DNA from: Macrostomum hystrix
Taxonomy: Eukaryota > Animalia > Platyhelminthes
Reading direction: 5' to 3'
DNA: 64,000 bases
Assembly: GCA_950097015.1 (NCBI GenBank)
Contig: CATNEN010000029.1
Coordinates: forward strand, 5,394,001-5,458,000
Shown: positions 1-12,520 of the stretch, in pieces
Layout: each line of letters opens with the position of its first letter
Position numbering within the stretch: position 1 is the stretch's first letter
Position numbers and translations under genes: made by a program
Notes under the pieces: model-generated
Seen by the model: only the letters and a program-made list of their open reading frames with translations
What the model was told of the DNA's origin: nothing
Database searches by the model: none

Positions 1-1068
1 CTGCTGATCTTCAGGAAGAGCCTGCTGATCTTCAGGTAGTGGCATCTCCTGTTCATCAGGAAGAGCCTGCTGATCTTCAGGTGGAGTCTGCTGATCTTCA
101 GATGGAGTCTGCTGATCTTCAGGTGGAGGCTGCTGATCTTCAGATGGAGTCTGCTGATCTTCAGGTGGAGTCTGCTGATCTTCAGATGGAGTCTGCTGAT
201 CTTCAGGTGGAGGCTGCTGATCTTCAGATGGAGTCTGCTGATCTTCAGGAAGAGCCTGCGGATCTTCAGGTGGAGCCTGCTGATCTTCAGGTAGTGGCAT
301 CTCCTGTTCATCAGGAAGAGCCTGCTGATCTTTAGATGGAGTCTGCTGATCTTCAGGAAGAGCCTGCGGATCTTCAGGTGGAGCCTGCTGATCTTCAGGA
401 AGAGCCTGCGGATCTTCAGGTGGAGCCCGCTGATATTCAGGTGGAGCCTGCTGATCTTCAGGAAGAGCCTGCGGATCTTCAGGTGGAGCCTGCTGATCTT
501 CAGGAAGAGCCTGCTGATCTTCAGGTAGTGGCATCTCCTGTTCATCAGGAAGAGCCTGCTGATCTTCAGGTGGAGCCTGCTGATCTTCAGGAAGAGCCTG
601 CGGATCTTCAAGTGGAGCCTGCTGATCCTCAGATGGATCCTGCCGGTCTTCAAGTGGAGCCTGCTGATCTTCAGGAGAAGCCTGTTGATCGTCAGCTGGT
701 GGCGCCTGTTGATCGTCAGCTGGTGGCGCCTGTTGATCATCAGCTGGTGGCGCCTGTTGATCGTCAGCTGGTGGCGCCTGTTGATCGTCAGTTGGTGGCG
801 CCTGTTGATCGTCAGTTGGTGGCGCCTGTTGATCGTCAGTTGGTGGCGCCTGTTGATCGTCAGCTGGTGGCGCCTGTTGATCGTCAGCTGGTGGCGCCTG
901 TTGATCGTCAGCTGGTGGCGCCTGTTGATCGTCAGCTGGTGGCGCCTGTTGATCGTCAGCTGGTGGCGCCTGTTGATCGTCAGCTGGTGGCACCTGACAC
1001 TCCTCCGTGAGCTGCAGCTCATGCTTGGACATGTCGCCTAGCGCTGAGCACACTGAGTCGTTATTCAT
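1..1068 (-). CDS. Acidic P/E/D/Q-rich repeat protein, N-terminal part (runs off the window's left edge)
   Basis: ATG at 1068 (minus) is preceded by an acceptor-like ...ataactttag|cg. It reads MNNDSVCSALGDMSKHELQLTEECQV, then (PPADDQQA)x~13, then (P/L)PEDQQA-type heptads. No stop was found in the stretches translated, so the frame appears open to position 1 (~356 codons), which would explain its absence from the ORF track. The plus-strand TAG at 333-335 is only an E->K change in this frame. Confidence 0.7.
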   Translation of the reverse strand, partial: MNNDSVCSALGDMSKHELQLTEECQVPPADDQQAPPADDQQAPPADDQQAPPADDQQAPPADDQQAPPADDQQAPPTDDQQAPPTDDQQAPPTDDQQAPPADDQQAPPADDQQAPPADDQQAPPADDQQASPEDQQAPLEDRQDPSEDQQAPLEDPQALPEDQQAPPEDQQALPDEQEMPLPEDQQALPEDQQAPPEDPQALPEDQQAPPEYQRAPPEDPQALPEDQQAPPEDPQALPEDQQTPSKDQQALPDEQEMPLPEDQQAPPEDPQALPEDQQTPSEDQQPPPEDQQTPSEDQQTPPEDQQTPSEDQQPPPEDQQTPSEDQQTPPEDQQALPDEQEMPLPEDQQALPEDQQ

Positions 1069-2430
1069 CGCTAAAGTTATGGAGTTCCGTGAGAATTTAA
1101 ATTGATTTAATTTATCTGGAACTAAAAACAACTTATTTGAAGACGCACACACAAGCCTACCACTTGGTTTTGTGAAATGGTTTGAGTTAGCCGAGATTTT
1201 TGCAAACTGAATGCCCAAAGCCAAGTTTCAGCCAGTTAAAAAGGCCTACTATTTAAAGTAGATTCCAAATTTAGTGCTGCGTCACACCACTCCGCGGCAG
1301 TTGCATTCTTCAGCCTCAGCGTTGGAAACCGGATTGGACCGGATTGGCTGGCCCAACAGGGAAACAGTTTATACCCCGATTGCCTCAATCGCTTTTTCGT
1401 GTCTCCTACCTGCTATACTGAACAGCAGCCGCGTCCCGTTCCCCAGTCATAAGTCCGTTCGGTTCCGTTCGGTTCCGACATGTCTAGAGAATTGCTACGC
1501 TGGGTCTTGTTTACTTTTGCTGCTGCATCAGCCCAGACCAGACGGCATCGAATGGAAAGTGGAAACAGCCCTCAGGTAGAAATGGCCCCGACTGGCCCCC
1601 ACTAGCTGCTTGTGGGTGTCCCCTCGTAGTTTTCCTGGCATTTTTCGATTGAGAAAAGAGTACAGTTGTACTATGGAGTTGCTGAGAACTGGCAGGAAGA
1701 CTGACTGGTATTCCAGAATTGAAGTAAAAACTATTTTTTCCACAGGATTATTGATTTGTTCCAATTCTTGCTTTGAACTGAAATAAAACGGAAGGCAACA
1801 CATTATTTAATAGAACATTTCGAAATATTCGAAAGAATCTAAAAAGAAACGCATCATACTACTGCCGCTTCTCAGTACAAATGAATGCGCACATTTGCCT
1901 TAATAGTTAAGCAGCAACAGATGAACACTAGAATCTTTATAGGTCAGTTCTGTGATAGAATTCGCTTTAGATATAAAAGCCCAAAGGAGTTAGAATTTAT
2001 GCTCGCACCCTGATAGTTGTACAAATTGTGAGGCCTCGCCTCACTTCACTGGCTTGCGTGGGCGTCGAGAGTGCCCAACTCCATAGGGACACAGGAGGCT
2101 GCAGAGCTTCAGTTGAGCGTCCCTCCTGACTCAGTCAGCTTTCCTCCCTCATCGATACACATCTCTGGCTAAGCTCTCAAAATTCTTCTGACAGCGTGGG
2201 CCAGCCTTGACGAACGAAGACGCTCTCCTTGTCTCCCCTTCGCCCCCCAAACCCCCCCCGGGGCTCAGACGCGAAGATGCAGCCCTGGCTTCCGGCAGTC
2301 CCATTGGCTGGGGGGAGAATTATCCCCATGCCCAGCCTAGCAGTGAAAGCAGCCGACAGTATGTAAGGCCAGCCAGCCCTCAAAGCAAGTCCCTTGGGGG
2401 ACTATTTGCTCTAGCTCGAATCAGTCCCTG

Positions 2431-5400
2431 ATGTCGCTGATTGTCGCTCTGCTGGCGTGCGCCGCGTTGGCTAGTCCGGCCTTGGCCATGACCGCCGTGT
2501 CCAGCTTCCGCACCCAGCTAGCCAACAACTCACTTGAGCGCGAGCTCATCACCAAGCTGGTGGATAAGTACACCCGCACCGGCCTGCTGGGCCGGCCAGT
2601 CGCCCTGTCCACGGACCTGCTGGAGATCAACTTCGGCTTGGCCATCATCCAGATCCTGGACTTGGACGAGAACAAGCAGCTGCTGCGCACGAACTGCTGG
2701 GTTCGCTACAGCTGGCTGGACAAACACCTCAAATGGGAGGCCGAGCCCGGCTACGAGAGATTCCAGAACATCACCCAGGTGCGCCTGGAACCTGACTCGG
2801 TCTGGAAGCCCGACATTCAGCTGTACAACTTCGCCGACACCAGGCCGGAGGAGAAGCGGACAGCCAGAGTAGTTGTGTACTGGTCCGGCGATGTACTGTG
2901 GCACCCGCAGAGCCTGTTCAAGAGCACTTGCGCGGTTGAGATTCAGTACTTTCCATTCGATACTCAGCTGTGTGCTCTGGAGTTCGGCTCCTGGACCTAC
3001 GATATGACCCAGATCAACCTGACCTGGGTGGGATACGAGGTGAGTGGCTGGTGTGAAAATCAAGTCCTGTAGCATTTCTAATATCATAATGCTTATTAAT
3101 AATTTATGGAGGTCTAGCATTGCTTCCTGTCGGCTCATTTGAATGCAATGAGTGGAAATTTGTGAAAAGTGCATTTATAACGCGCTTCAGGAAGTGGCCG
3201 ATGAGGTAGGCGTGTTGAGGGGTGTCCGTCAGTCTGAGCTCAGGAGCTGAGGACGTCAAGATGAGGCTTCCGAGGAGAGCCTTAGGTTCCTTCGTGACAC
3301 TTTTTCTTGACGCTACGACTGATCCGACTGGATTGAGTCCAATTCAAGGTTACTTTCGGTCAGTCACTCATGACCAACTGATCTCCCTCGGTCATTTTCA
3401 GTCACTCATGAACCACTCTCCCTCGGTCATTTTCAGTCACTCATGACCCACTGATCTCCCTCGGTCATTTTCAGTCACTCATGACCCACTCTCCCTCGGT
3501 CATTTTCAGTCACTCATGACCCACTCTCCCTCGGTCATTTTCAGTCACTCATGACCCACTCTCCCTCGGTCATTTTCAGTCACTCATGACCCACTCTCCC
3601 TCGGTCATTTTCAGTCACTCATGACCCACTCTCCCTCGGTCATTTTCAGTCACTCATGACCCACTCTCCCTCGGTCATTTTCAGTCACTCATGACCCACT
3701 CTCCCTCGGTCATTTTCAGTCACTCATGACCCACTCTCCCTCGGTCATTTTCAGTCACTCATGACCCTAGTCGTTTTAGTCATTTTCAGTCACTAGAGTC
3801 ACTAATGACCCAAGTCTTTTTTGGTCATTTTCAATCACTCATGACCCTAGTCGTTTTTGGTCATTTTCAATCACTCATGACCCTAGTCATTTTTAGTATT
3901 TTTCTGTCATCAATGACCCTAGTAATTCTCGGTCATTTACCTATTACCCTAGTAATTTTTGGTCATAGGTAATAAAGTTACTGTATTATAAGTAATGCAG
4001 TTACCTATGAACCTAGTCATTTTTGGTCATAGGTAATACAGATAATTCTCATTTTGGTCATAGGTAATACAGTTTCCTATGACCCTAGTCATTTTTGGTC
4101 AGTTTCAGTCGCTCATGATCCTAGTGATTCTCGGTCATTTTCAGTCACTAATGACCCTAGTCATGCGACTCGGTCATTCCTAATTACAGTAGGCTAATTC
4201 AATGATCCCAGGTCATCTAGCCGGTCATTAGCGCTAGTCCCCAGTTTATACCCCAGTGATGGAGTAGGCAGAGCGCTGAGGATCATAAAAGCCGCATTTG
4301 GGCGAAGTCGCACTCACCGCATGCACTGGCCCCTGATCAACAATTCATACAAGCCGTGTGCATTATTAACAGTCTCCGCTAGCAGCGGGCCTCATACTCA
4401 CCGACATCTCTGGGGTTGGGCATATGGGATAACCAAGCTACCACCTCATCTCCTGTCCTCGAGATCCGGTGTTCAATTCCAGCTGAGCAAGCAACGGGTG
4501 AGGAAAACTAGCTCTATCGCTGAGCCAGATAGAAAGTCCTTCTCAGAGCTCTGCAGAGTCGAGTCTGAGCACACTCTCGCAGCTGATAGAAAACTGCCAG
4601 CCCGACCTACACAGTGGCAGTGATAGAAAATATAATTGCCGCCTCTTATTTAACTGTGCGAGAATATTAAAGGAAACTTTTCGACTTTAGGATAAGAAAG
4701 ATGAGATTATGAAATATTTTGGCAGTATGTAATACGTAAGAGATTGGGGTGATCAGCTTTCAAAATTTCAAATTCCATGGTCATCGACATACAATCAACC
4801 TGAACCGTGGCAACCTAAATAAAGTCGCTAAACAGGAGTAATGTTGACTTTTATCTATAGCCCGACCCGAGAAAAGTTAAAAAAATAAAAACTCGTCTAA
4901 TGGGGCTTCAGGCCATAGACATAGATAATAATAATTGCAGGAGGGCTGCGGGCAATGGCACATCATTTGGTGACACTAGACCCGCAGCCAGCGAGGAAGC
5001 AATTCTGCCCATTTCGCTGACTCCTGAGCACACACGCACACAGATACTGTACGCAGGCACACGCTCACACAGGTGTGTACATCAGCCCTGACTTTCTCAT
5101 CGTCAGGCAGTGTACACTCTCACTGTGCCTTGGAGGTTCGCCCTCAAGGGCGTAAATTGCACGACAAGCCCCCAAGCCTTCTCTCCGCGGCTGCGCCCCA
5201 AATGAATGTGGCCTCGCCGTGGAATCGAATTTAGGGACCTTGGTGCGAGAGGCAAACGCGATAACCGCTCTGCCACCGACCCCCATATACATAGAAACAT
5301 TGTGTTTCGAAACACTTGGTTACCTCAAGGACATCTATATAAAGCAGCTATAGTTAGATGCTATATGTAGAAGTCCTTCAACTAAATAAGCCAAGTGAAT

Positions 5401-8400
5401 TATTTCCAATTTGCTTGGATAAGCTATTGTATGCCGTGAATGAAATGTAGCGCCTGAATACAAATTTCTGAATTTTCTCACTAAGAGGAGGAAATAAACA
5501 CACCCAAATAGAGCCTTGCCAGCCGGTCAGTAAAAGCATAAGAGAGAACCGATTGTAAAATGGAATTGCCGTCAAGCATAAAGTCTCGACCTGCTCATGG
5601 CCATCTGTTTCGGTTAGATTTCTGCAGATTTTATTATTCTGCACAGTCAGCCGGCCTCATCTCGTCAATCAGCTGACTGTGCGCCCATGCGCACTTGTTT
5701 AGAGCCTTTCAGGCTGCGGCCTCCTCATCCCCCAGTGCAGCCTTGCGCTCCCACAATCCGGCAGCAACAGCCGCAGCCTGAAAGCACCCGGCCAAGAAAT
5801 TATTCGCCAATTAATCTGTGCGCCCGTCTAGGAAATGTGAGGCTGCGGTGGCTGCGGCCGGCATTCGATGGTCCGCTGGTACGATCCAAGCGGAGGGGTG
5901 GAGGCTTCGGAATGAGGATTAGGCAATCCGGCCCCAACCGGATCCGTTAGGCGCACCGAGAGAGAGGAGCTGAGAGAGAGAGAGAGAGTGAATGAGGGGG
6001 GCGGGCGAACTGGTGGCGGCGGCTGTCCCCCCTGCTGCTACTGCCGGACCATGAGGGTATACGGAGGGAGAGAAAGTACAAGGCCCGCCTCAGTTGCAGA
6101 ACAGACTTTGTGTGTGGCTTGGGCAGGAGGAACCCGGAGCTGCGCCTGGAAGCGGCGGCGAAGGGCGGAGAGAGAGAGAGTGGAGAAGAGCGACCGACTG
6201 AGTATTAGAGGAGGCCAAAGTAGAGGAAAAAAGAGTGGAAGCAATTGGATTTGTCCACACTTCAGCTAGCGCCGGGTGGCACTTGGAGTCAGGGCAGAAG
6301 CATGAACCCATGGGAGGCAAGGATGGGTCTACCTGCAGAACACTAATTCCAGATCGCTCATTTTGAGCCACAATTTAGGCCCCTTTTGCTCAATTTCAGC
6401 CAGATATTGGGAGATCAGGCTGATGGGGCGAGCCACTCAAATCTAGAGCGGCCTGGGGAGAAAATTGAGTGCAAAAAGTTTGCAGCCAATTTGACTGCCA
6501 ATATATGAAGCTGTGCTAAGGCTGTCTCTCGCGCGACCAATGAATCACTTCTTAGAGTAGTGCCAGTAGAGCAGTAAAGTTTTGCGCTAACAATAAGGAA
6601 ATACATGGAAGACTTGGCGAATTCTTTCAGTATTCAGGGTCGAGCTGGTCTATTCCACGATTCAGATTGGGGTAGAATGGCAGATTCGATTCAGATTGGG
6701 ATAGAATGGCAGATTCGATTCAGATTGGGGTAGAATGGCAGATTCGATTCAGATTGGGGATAGAATGGCAGATTCGATTCAGATTGGGGATAGAATGGCA
6801 GATTCGATTCAGATTGGGGTAGAATGGCAGATTCGATTCAGATTGGGGATAGAATGGCAGATTCGATTCAGATTGGGGTAGAATGGCAGATTCGATTCAG
6901 ATTGCGGATAGAATGGCAGATTCGATTCAGATTGGGGTAGAATGGCAGATTCGATTCAGATTGGGGATAGAATGGCAGATTCGATTCAGATTGCGGATAG
7001 AATGGCAGATTCGATTCAGATTGGGGTAGAATGGCAGATTCGATTCAGATTGGGGTAGAATGGCAGATTCGATTCAGATTGGGGTAGAATGGCAGATTCG
7101 ATTCAGATTGGGGTAGAATGGCAGATTCAGTTCAGATTGGGGATAGAATGGCAGATTCGGTTCAGATTGGGGATAGAATGGCAGATTCGATTCAGATTGG
7201 GGTAGAATGGCAGATTCAGTTCAGATTGGGGATAGAATGGCAGATTCGATTCAGATTGGGGATAGAATGGCAGATTCGATTCAGATTGGGGATAGAATGG
7301 CAGATTCGGTTCAGATTGGGGATAGAATGGCAGATTCGATTCAGATTGGGGTAGAATGGCAGATTCGATTCAGATTGGGGTAGAATGGCAGATTCAGTTC
7401 AGATTGGGGATAGAATGGCAGATTCGATTCAGATTGGGGTAGAATGGCAGATTCAGTTCAGATTGGGGATAGAATGGCAGATTCGATTCAGATTGGGGAT
7501 AGAATGGCAGATTCAGTTCAGATTGGGGATAGAATGGCAGATTCGATTCAGATTGGGGATAGAATGGCAGATTCGGTTCAGATTGGGGATAGAATGGCAG
7601 ATTCGATTCAGATTGGGGTAGAATGGCAGATTCGATTCAGATTGGGGTAGAATGGCAGATTCGATTCAGATTGGGGTAGAATGGCAGATTCGATTCAGAT
7701 TGGGGATAGAATGGCAGATTCGATTCAGATTGGGGATAGAATGGCAGATTCGATTCAGATTGGGGTAGAATGGCAGATTCGATTCAGATTGGGGATAGAA
7801 TGACAGATTCGATTCAGATTGGGGATAGAATGGCAGATTCGATTCAGATTGGGGATAGAATGGCAGATTCGATTCAGATTGCGGATAGAATGGCAGATTC
7901 GATTCAGATTGGGGATAGAATGGCAGATTCGATTCAGATTGCGGATAGAATGGCAGATTCGATTCAGATTGGGGGTAGAATGGCAGATTCGATTCAGATT
8001 GGGGATAGAATGGCAGATTCGGTTCAGATTGGGGTAGAATGGCAGATTCGATTCAGATTGGGGTAGAATGGCAGATTCGATTCAGATTGGGGTAGAATGG
8101 CAGATTCGATTCAGATTGGGGTAGAATGGCAGATTCGATTCAGATTGGGGTAGAATGGCAGATTCGATTCAGATTGGGGTAGAATGGCAGATTCGATTCA
8201 GATTGGGGATAGAATGGCAGATTCGATTCAGATTGGGGATAGAATGGCAGATTCGATTCAGATTGGGGTAGAATGGCAGATTCGATTCAGATTGGGGTAG
8301 AATGGCAGATTCGATTCAGATTGGGGTAGAATGGCAGATTCGATTCAGATTGGGGTAGAATGGCAGATTCGATTCAGATTGGGGATAGAATGGCAGATTC

Positions 8401-10810
8401 GATTCAGATTGGGGATAGAATGGCAGATTCGATTCAGATTGGGGTAGAATGGCAGATTCGATTCAGATTGGGGATAGAATGACAGATTCGATTCAGATTG
8501 GGGATAGAATGGCAGATTCGATTCAGATTGGGGATAGAATGGCAGATTCGATTCAGATTGCGGATAGAATGGCAGATTCGATTCAGATTGGGGATAGAAT
8601 GGCAGATTCGATTCAGATTGGGGGTAGAATGGCAGATTCGATTCAGATTGGGGATAGAATGACAGATTCGATTCAGATTGGGGTAGAATGACAGATTCGA
8701 TTCAGATTGGGGATAGAATGGCAGATTCGATTCAGATTGGGGATGGAATGGCAGATTCGATTCAGATTGGGGATAGAATAGCAGATTCAGTTCAGATTGG
8801 GGATAGAATGGCAGATTCGATTCAGATTTGGGGTAGAATGGCAGATTCGATTCAGATTGGGGATAGAATGGCAGATTCGATTCAGATTGGGGATGGAATG
8901 GCAGATTCGATTCAGATTGGGGGTAGAATGACAGATTCGATTCAGATTGGGGGTAGAATGGCAGATTCGATTCAGATTGGGGGTAGAATGGCAGATTCGA
9001 TTCAGATTGGGGGTAGAATGGCAGATTCGATTCAGATTGGGGGTAGAATGGCAGATTCGATTCAGATTGGGGGTAGAATGACAGATTCGATTCGGACTGG
9101 GAGGTAGAATGGCAGATTCGATTCGGATGCGGGTAGAATGGCAGATTCGGATGGGGGCAGAATGGTAGATTCGGATGGGGGGCAGAATGGCAGATTCGGA
9201 TGGGGGTAGAATGGCAGATTCGGATGGGGGCAGAATGGCAGATTCGGATGGGGGCAGAATGGCAGATTCGCATGGGGGTAGAATGGCAGATTCGGATGGG
9301 GGTTGAATGGCAGATTCGGATGGGGGCAGAATGGCAGATTCGGATGTGGGCAGAATGGCAGATTCGGATGGGGGCAGAATGGCAGATTCGATTCGGACAG
9401 GGAGGTAGAATGGCAGATTCGATTCGGATGCGGGTAGAATGGCAGATTCGGATGGGGGCAGAATGTCAGATTCGGATGAGGGCAGAATGGCAGATTCGCA
9501 TGCGGGTAGAATGGCAGATTCGGATGGGGGTAGAATGGCAGATTCGGATGGGGGCAGAATGGCAGATTCGGATGGGGGCACAATGGCAGATTCGCATGGG
9601 GGTAGAATGGCAGATTCGGATGGGGGCAGAATGGCAGGGTTTAAGTTGTACTTGAAGATTTCAGTTTGGATATTGTTCGCTAGACTAACGAATGAATTGA
9701 CTTTCTCTAACAATGGCTAAAGCTAGCTACAAATGTAGAGAGCAGTTAGCAGCAGGTTTTAATCTCTGGCACCCGCAGTACGAGCCCAACCAGTACGAGC
9801 CCAGCCCCTACGTGGACTTCACCAACTACATCAAGAGCAAGGAGTGGATCACCGACGGCCAGGACGACTTCGAAATCCGGCCGTCGCAGCGGCAGCGCCA
9901 GGTCCGCTCCAAGATGCGCTGCACCCGGGTGAAGTTTCAGGACGAGAACGGGCACGAGTACAGCCGCATCTACCAGCGCCTAGTCTATAAGATTCGCATT
10001 CGGCGTAACCCGGCCTTCTACCTGTCCATCCTAGTGCTGCCCTGCCTCCTGCTGTCCTGCCTGACCTGGGTGATCTTCTGGCTGCCGCCGGAGTCGCCGG
10101 CCAAGATGCAGCTGGGCATGAACATCTTCGTGGCCTTCTTCATCCTCATGCTGCTGCTGGCCAAGACCACCCCCAGCGCGGTGCGCAACTTCCCCTACAT
10201 CGGCTACTTCTATGGCCTCAATATGGTGCTGATCACGCTCAGCACCTTCCTGGCCGCCATCGTGCTGAACCTGTACATGCGGGCCGACAGCCGCGGCCCC
10301 ATGCACCCGCTGCTGCGACGCGGCATTGTGGATGGCCTCGGCCGCCTGCTGCTTGTTCGCCAGGCGGTGCCGCTTCAGCCGCCGAAGAGCTCTGAGGAAG
10401 CTGCAGCCGAGGCTGCCAAGTCGGCATCGTTGAAGGACAAGCAAAAGCAGCAGCAGCAACAGCAGAACATCGCCACGCCGCAGAAGCAGCAGCAGTTGAA
10501 TTCTCCATCTGGCGGCGCTGCCGGCAGCGGCGGCGGTCAGGTTGAGCGTGACGTGCGCGAGATTCGCCAGCTGTTCCGGGTCTACGTCAGCCGGCTGAAG
10601 GACCGGGAGAGGCGCAGCCAGGCAGCCATGGAGTGGCGCACCCTGGCCATGGTGCTGGACCGGCTGTTCTTCACGGCCTACGTCATCTGCATCCTGGTGG
10701 CCATCATCATCTGCCTGCCGCGGTCCAACACAGTGGTGTCAGACACTGACAGCGTCGGCGCCCCGGAGACTGACAACTGTCAGCACATGCGAGCGGCAGC
10801 TCAGGCCTGA
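2431..10810 (+). CDS. Cys-loop ligand-gated ion channel subunit, nAChR-like non-alpha, probably anion-selective (~546 aa)
   Basis: Exons 2431-3039 (GAG|gtgagt) and 9779-10810 (cccgcag|TAC), phase 0. Signal peptide MSLIVALLACAALASPALA, loop A WKPDIQLYN, Cys-loop CAVEIQYFPFDTQLC, loop B GSWTYD, four TM segments (YLSILVLPC..., PAKMQLGMNIF..., YFYGLNMVLI..., VLDRLFF...). No vicinal CC in loop C. Confidence 0.92.
3356..4200. repeat. 35-bp minisatellite (tcggtcattttcagtcactcatgacccactctccc), degenerating rightwards; intron 1 of the channel gene
   Basis: About 10 near-identical units at ~3400-3760, followed by decayed copies. Confidence 0.9.
6658..9636. repeat. 29/30-bp minisatellite (gattcagattgggg[a]tagaatggcagattc) grading into a 24-bp derivative (gattcggatgggggcagaatggca)
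   Basis: About 3 kb tandem array directly visible; it produces the MADSIQIGDR/IEWQIRFRLG pseudo-ORFs. Confidence 0.95.
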
Positions 10811-11269
10811 GAATCTAGCAACTCAAGCACCCTCATTTCTCATAGGATTTAGCTCATGTTTATTGCTTACAAGGAGTAGAACTAGCACCTGTACTTAATA
10901 CATACGAATAGTAAATGCCATCAGAAAGTGCTGTAACTATGTATATATATATAAAATGTCTAAAGGCTCATCTATAACTTGCAGAAACATGCAGATGCTG
11001 GCGAGAACTGTACTGAAAATAGACTGTTTTAGCGAGTTAGATGAAAATGGTATAATTAAACCGCGCTGTTACTTTTGGCGTTTCATCAAACTCATTTAGG
11101 AAAGTGCGACTTTATGCCTGCCATTGTACTGACGAAGCATTAGTACTTCCTTGCTTATTGCAAAATAAACGGCATAGCAAAAATAGTCTTGTCAATGCAC
11201 TGAAGCATGCAGTCTTAGCATTACTTGGATATATACGAGTATATGCGCAGTTTTGACATTCAAAAATTA

Positions 11270-12520
11270 GTTTGTTTGTTTGACAGGCTGCTCATAGTTT
11301 GTTTGACAGGCTGCTCGTAGTTAGTTTGACAGGCTGCTCATCATTTGGATGACAGGCTGCTCATCATTTGGATGACAGGCTGCTCATCATTTGGATGATA
11401 GGCTGCTCATCATTTGGATGATAGGCTGCTCATCATTTGGATGATAGACTGCTCATCATTTGGATGATAGGCTGCTCATCATTTGGATGATAGACTGCTC
11501 ATCATTTGGATGACAGGCTGCTCATCATTTGGATGACAGGCTGCTCATCATTTGGATGATAGGCTGCTCATCATTTGGATGATAGGATGCTCATCATTTG
11601 GATGATAGGCTGCTCATCATTTGGATGATAGACTGCTCATCATTTGGATGATAGGCTGCTCATCATTTGGATGACAGGATGCTCATAGTTTGGACAGATT
11701 GATCTTAGTTTAGACAGATTGATCATAGTTTAGACAGATTGATCATAGTTTAGACAGACTGATCATAGTTCGGGCAGATTGATCATAGTTTAGACAGATT
11801 GATCATAGTTTAGACAGATTGATCATAGTTTAGACAGATTGATCATAGTTTAGACAGACTGATCATAGTTCGGGCAGATTGATCATAGTTTAGACAGATT
11901 GATCATAGTTTAGACAGATTGATCATAGTTTAGACAGATTGATCTTAGTTTAGACAGATTGATCATAGTTTAGACAGATTGATCATAGTTTAGACAGATT
12001 GATCATAGTTTAGACAGACTGATCATAGTTCGGGCAGATTGATCATAGTTTAGACAGATTGATCATAGTTTAGACAGATTGATCATAGTTTAGACAGATT
12101 GATCATAGTTTAGACAGATTGATCATAGTTTAGACAGACTGATCATAGTTCGGACAGATTGATCATAGTTTAGACAGATTGATCATAGTTTAGACAGATT
12201 GATCATAGTTTAGACAGATTGTTCATAGTTCGGACAGATTGATCATAGATTGGACAGACTGGTCATAGTTCGGACAGACTGGTCATAGTTCGGACAGACT
12301 GGTCATAGTTCGGACAGATTGCTCATAGATTGGACAGAGTTTTCATAGTTCGGACAGACTGGTCATAGTTCGGACAGACTGGTCATAGTTCGGACAGATT
12401 GCTCATAGATTGGACAGAGTTTTCATAGTTCGGACAGACTGGTCATAGTTCGGACAGATTGCTCATAGATTGGACAGAGTTTTCATAGTTCGGACAGACT
12501 GGTCATATTTTGGACAGATT
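11270..12520. repeat. Compound minisatellite: 23-bp (catcatttggatgataggctgct) switching to 20-bp (gatcatagtttagacagatt)
   Basis: Tandem units visible; switch at ~11690; lies between the converging 3' ends of the channel gene and KDM2. Confidence 0.95.

Noticed and set aside
39-1041. Plus-strand ORFs (EPADLQV…, LIVSWWRL…)
   Set aside because: Shadows of the minus-strand repeat ORF; the plus frame is broken by a stop at 333-335 and has no unique leader.
2207-2431. Upstream ORF whose TGA overlaps the channel ATG (TGATG)
   Set aside because: Starts at TTG, has no homology, and probably contains a 5'UTR intron (gtaagg ~2362 to ctctag 2412).
4660-6640. Transposon-like interior (TTAA-AGG start, GA microsatellite, GC-rich patch) in the channel intron
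   Set aside because: No matching second terminus, TSD or recognisable ORF could be found by eye.
7118-9720. Many ORFs such as MADSIQIGDR and IEWQIRFRLG
   Set aside because: Translations of an intronic 29/30-bp satellite; frames shift with every 29-bp unit.
11340-11700. Satellite-encoded hammerhead ribozyme (ATGATGAG on the minus strand), by analogy with Schistosoma Sm-alpha
   Set aside because: Lacks the CUGAUGA core, the GAAA element and the three-stem arrangement.
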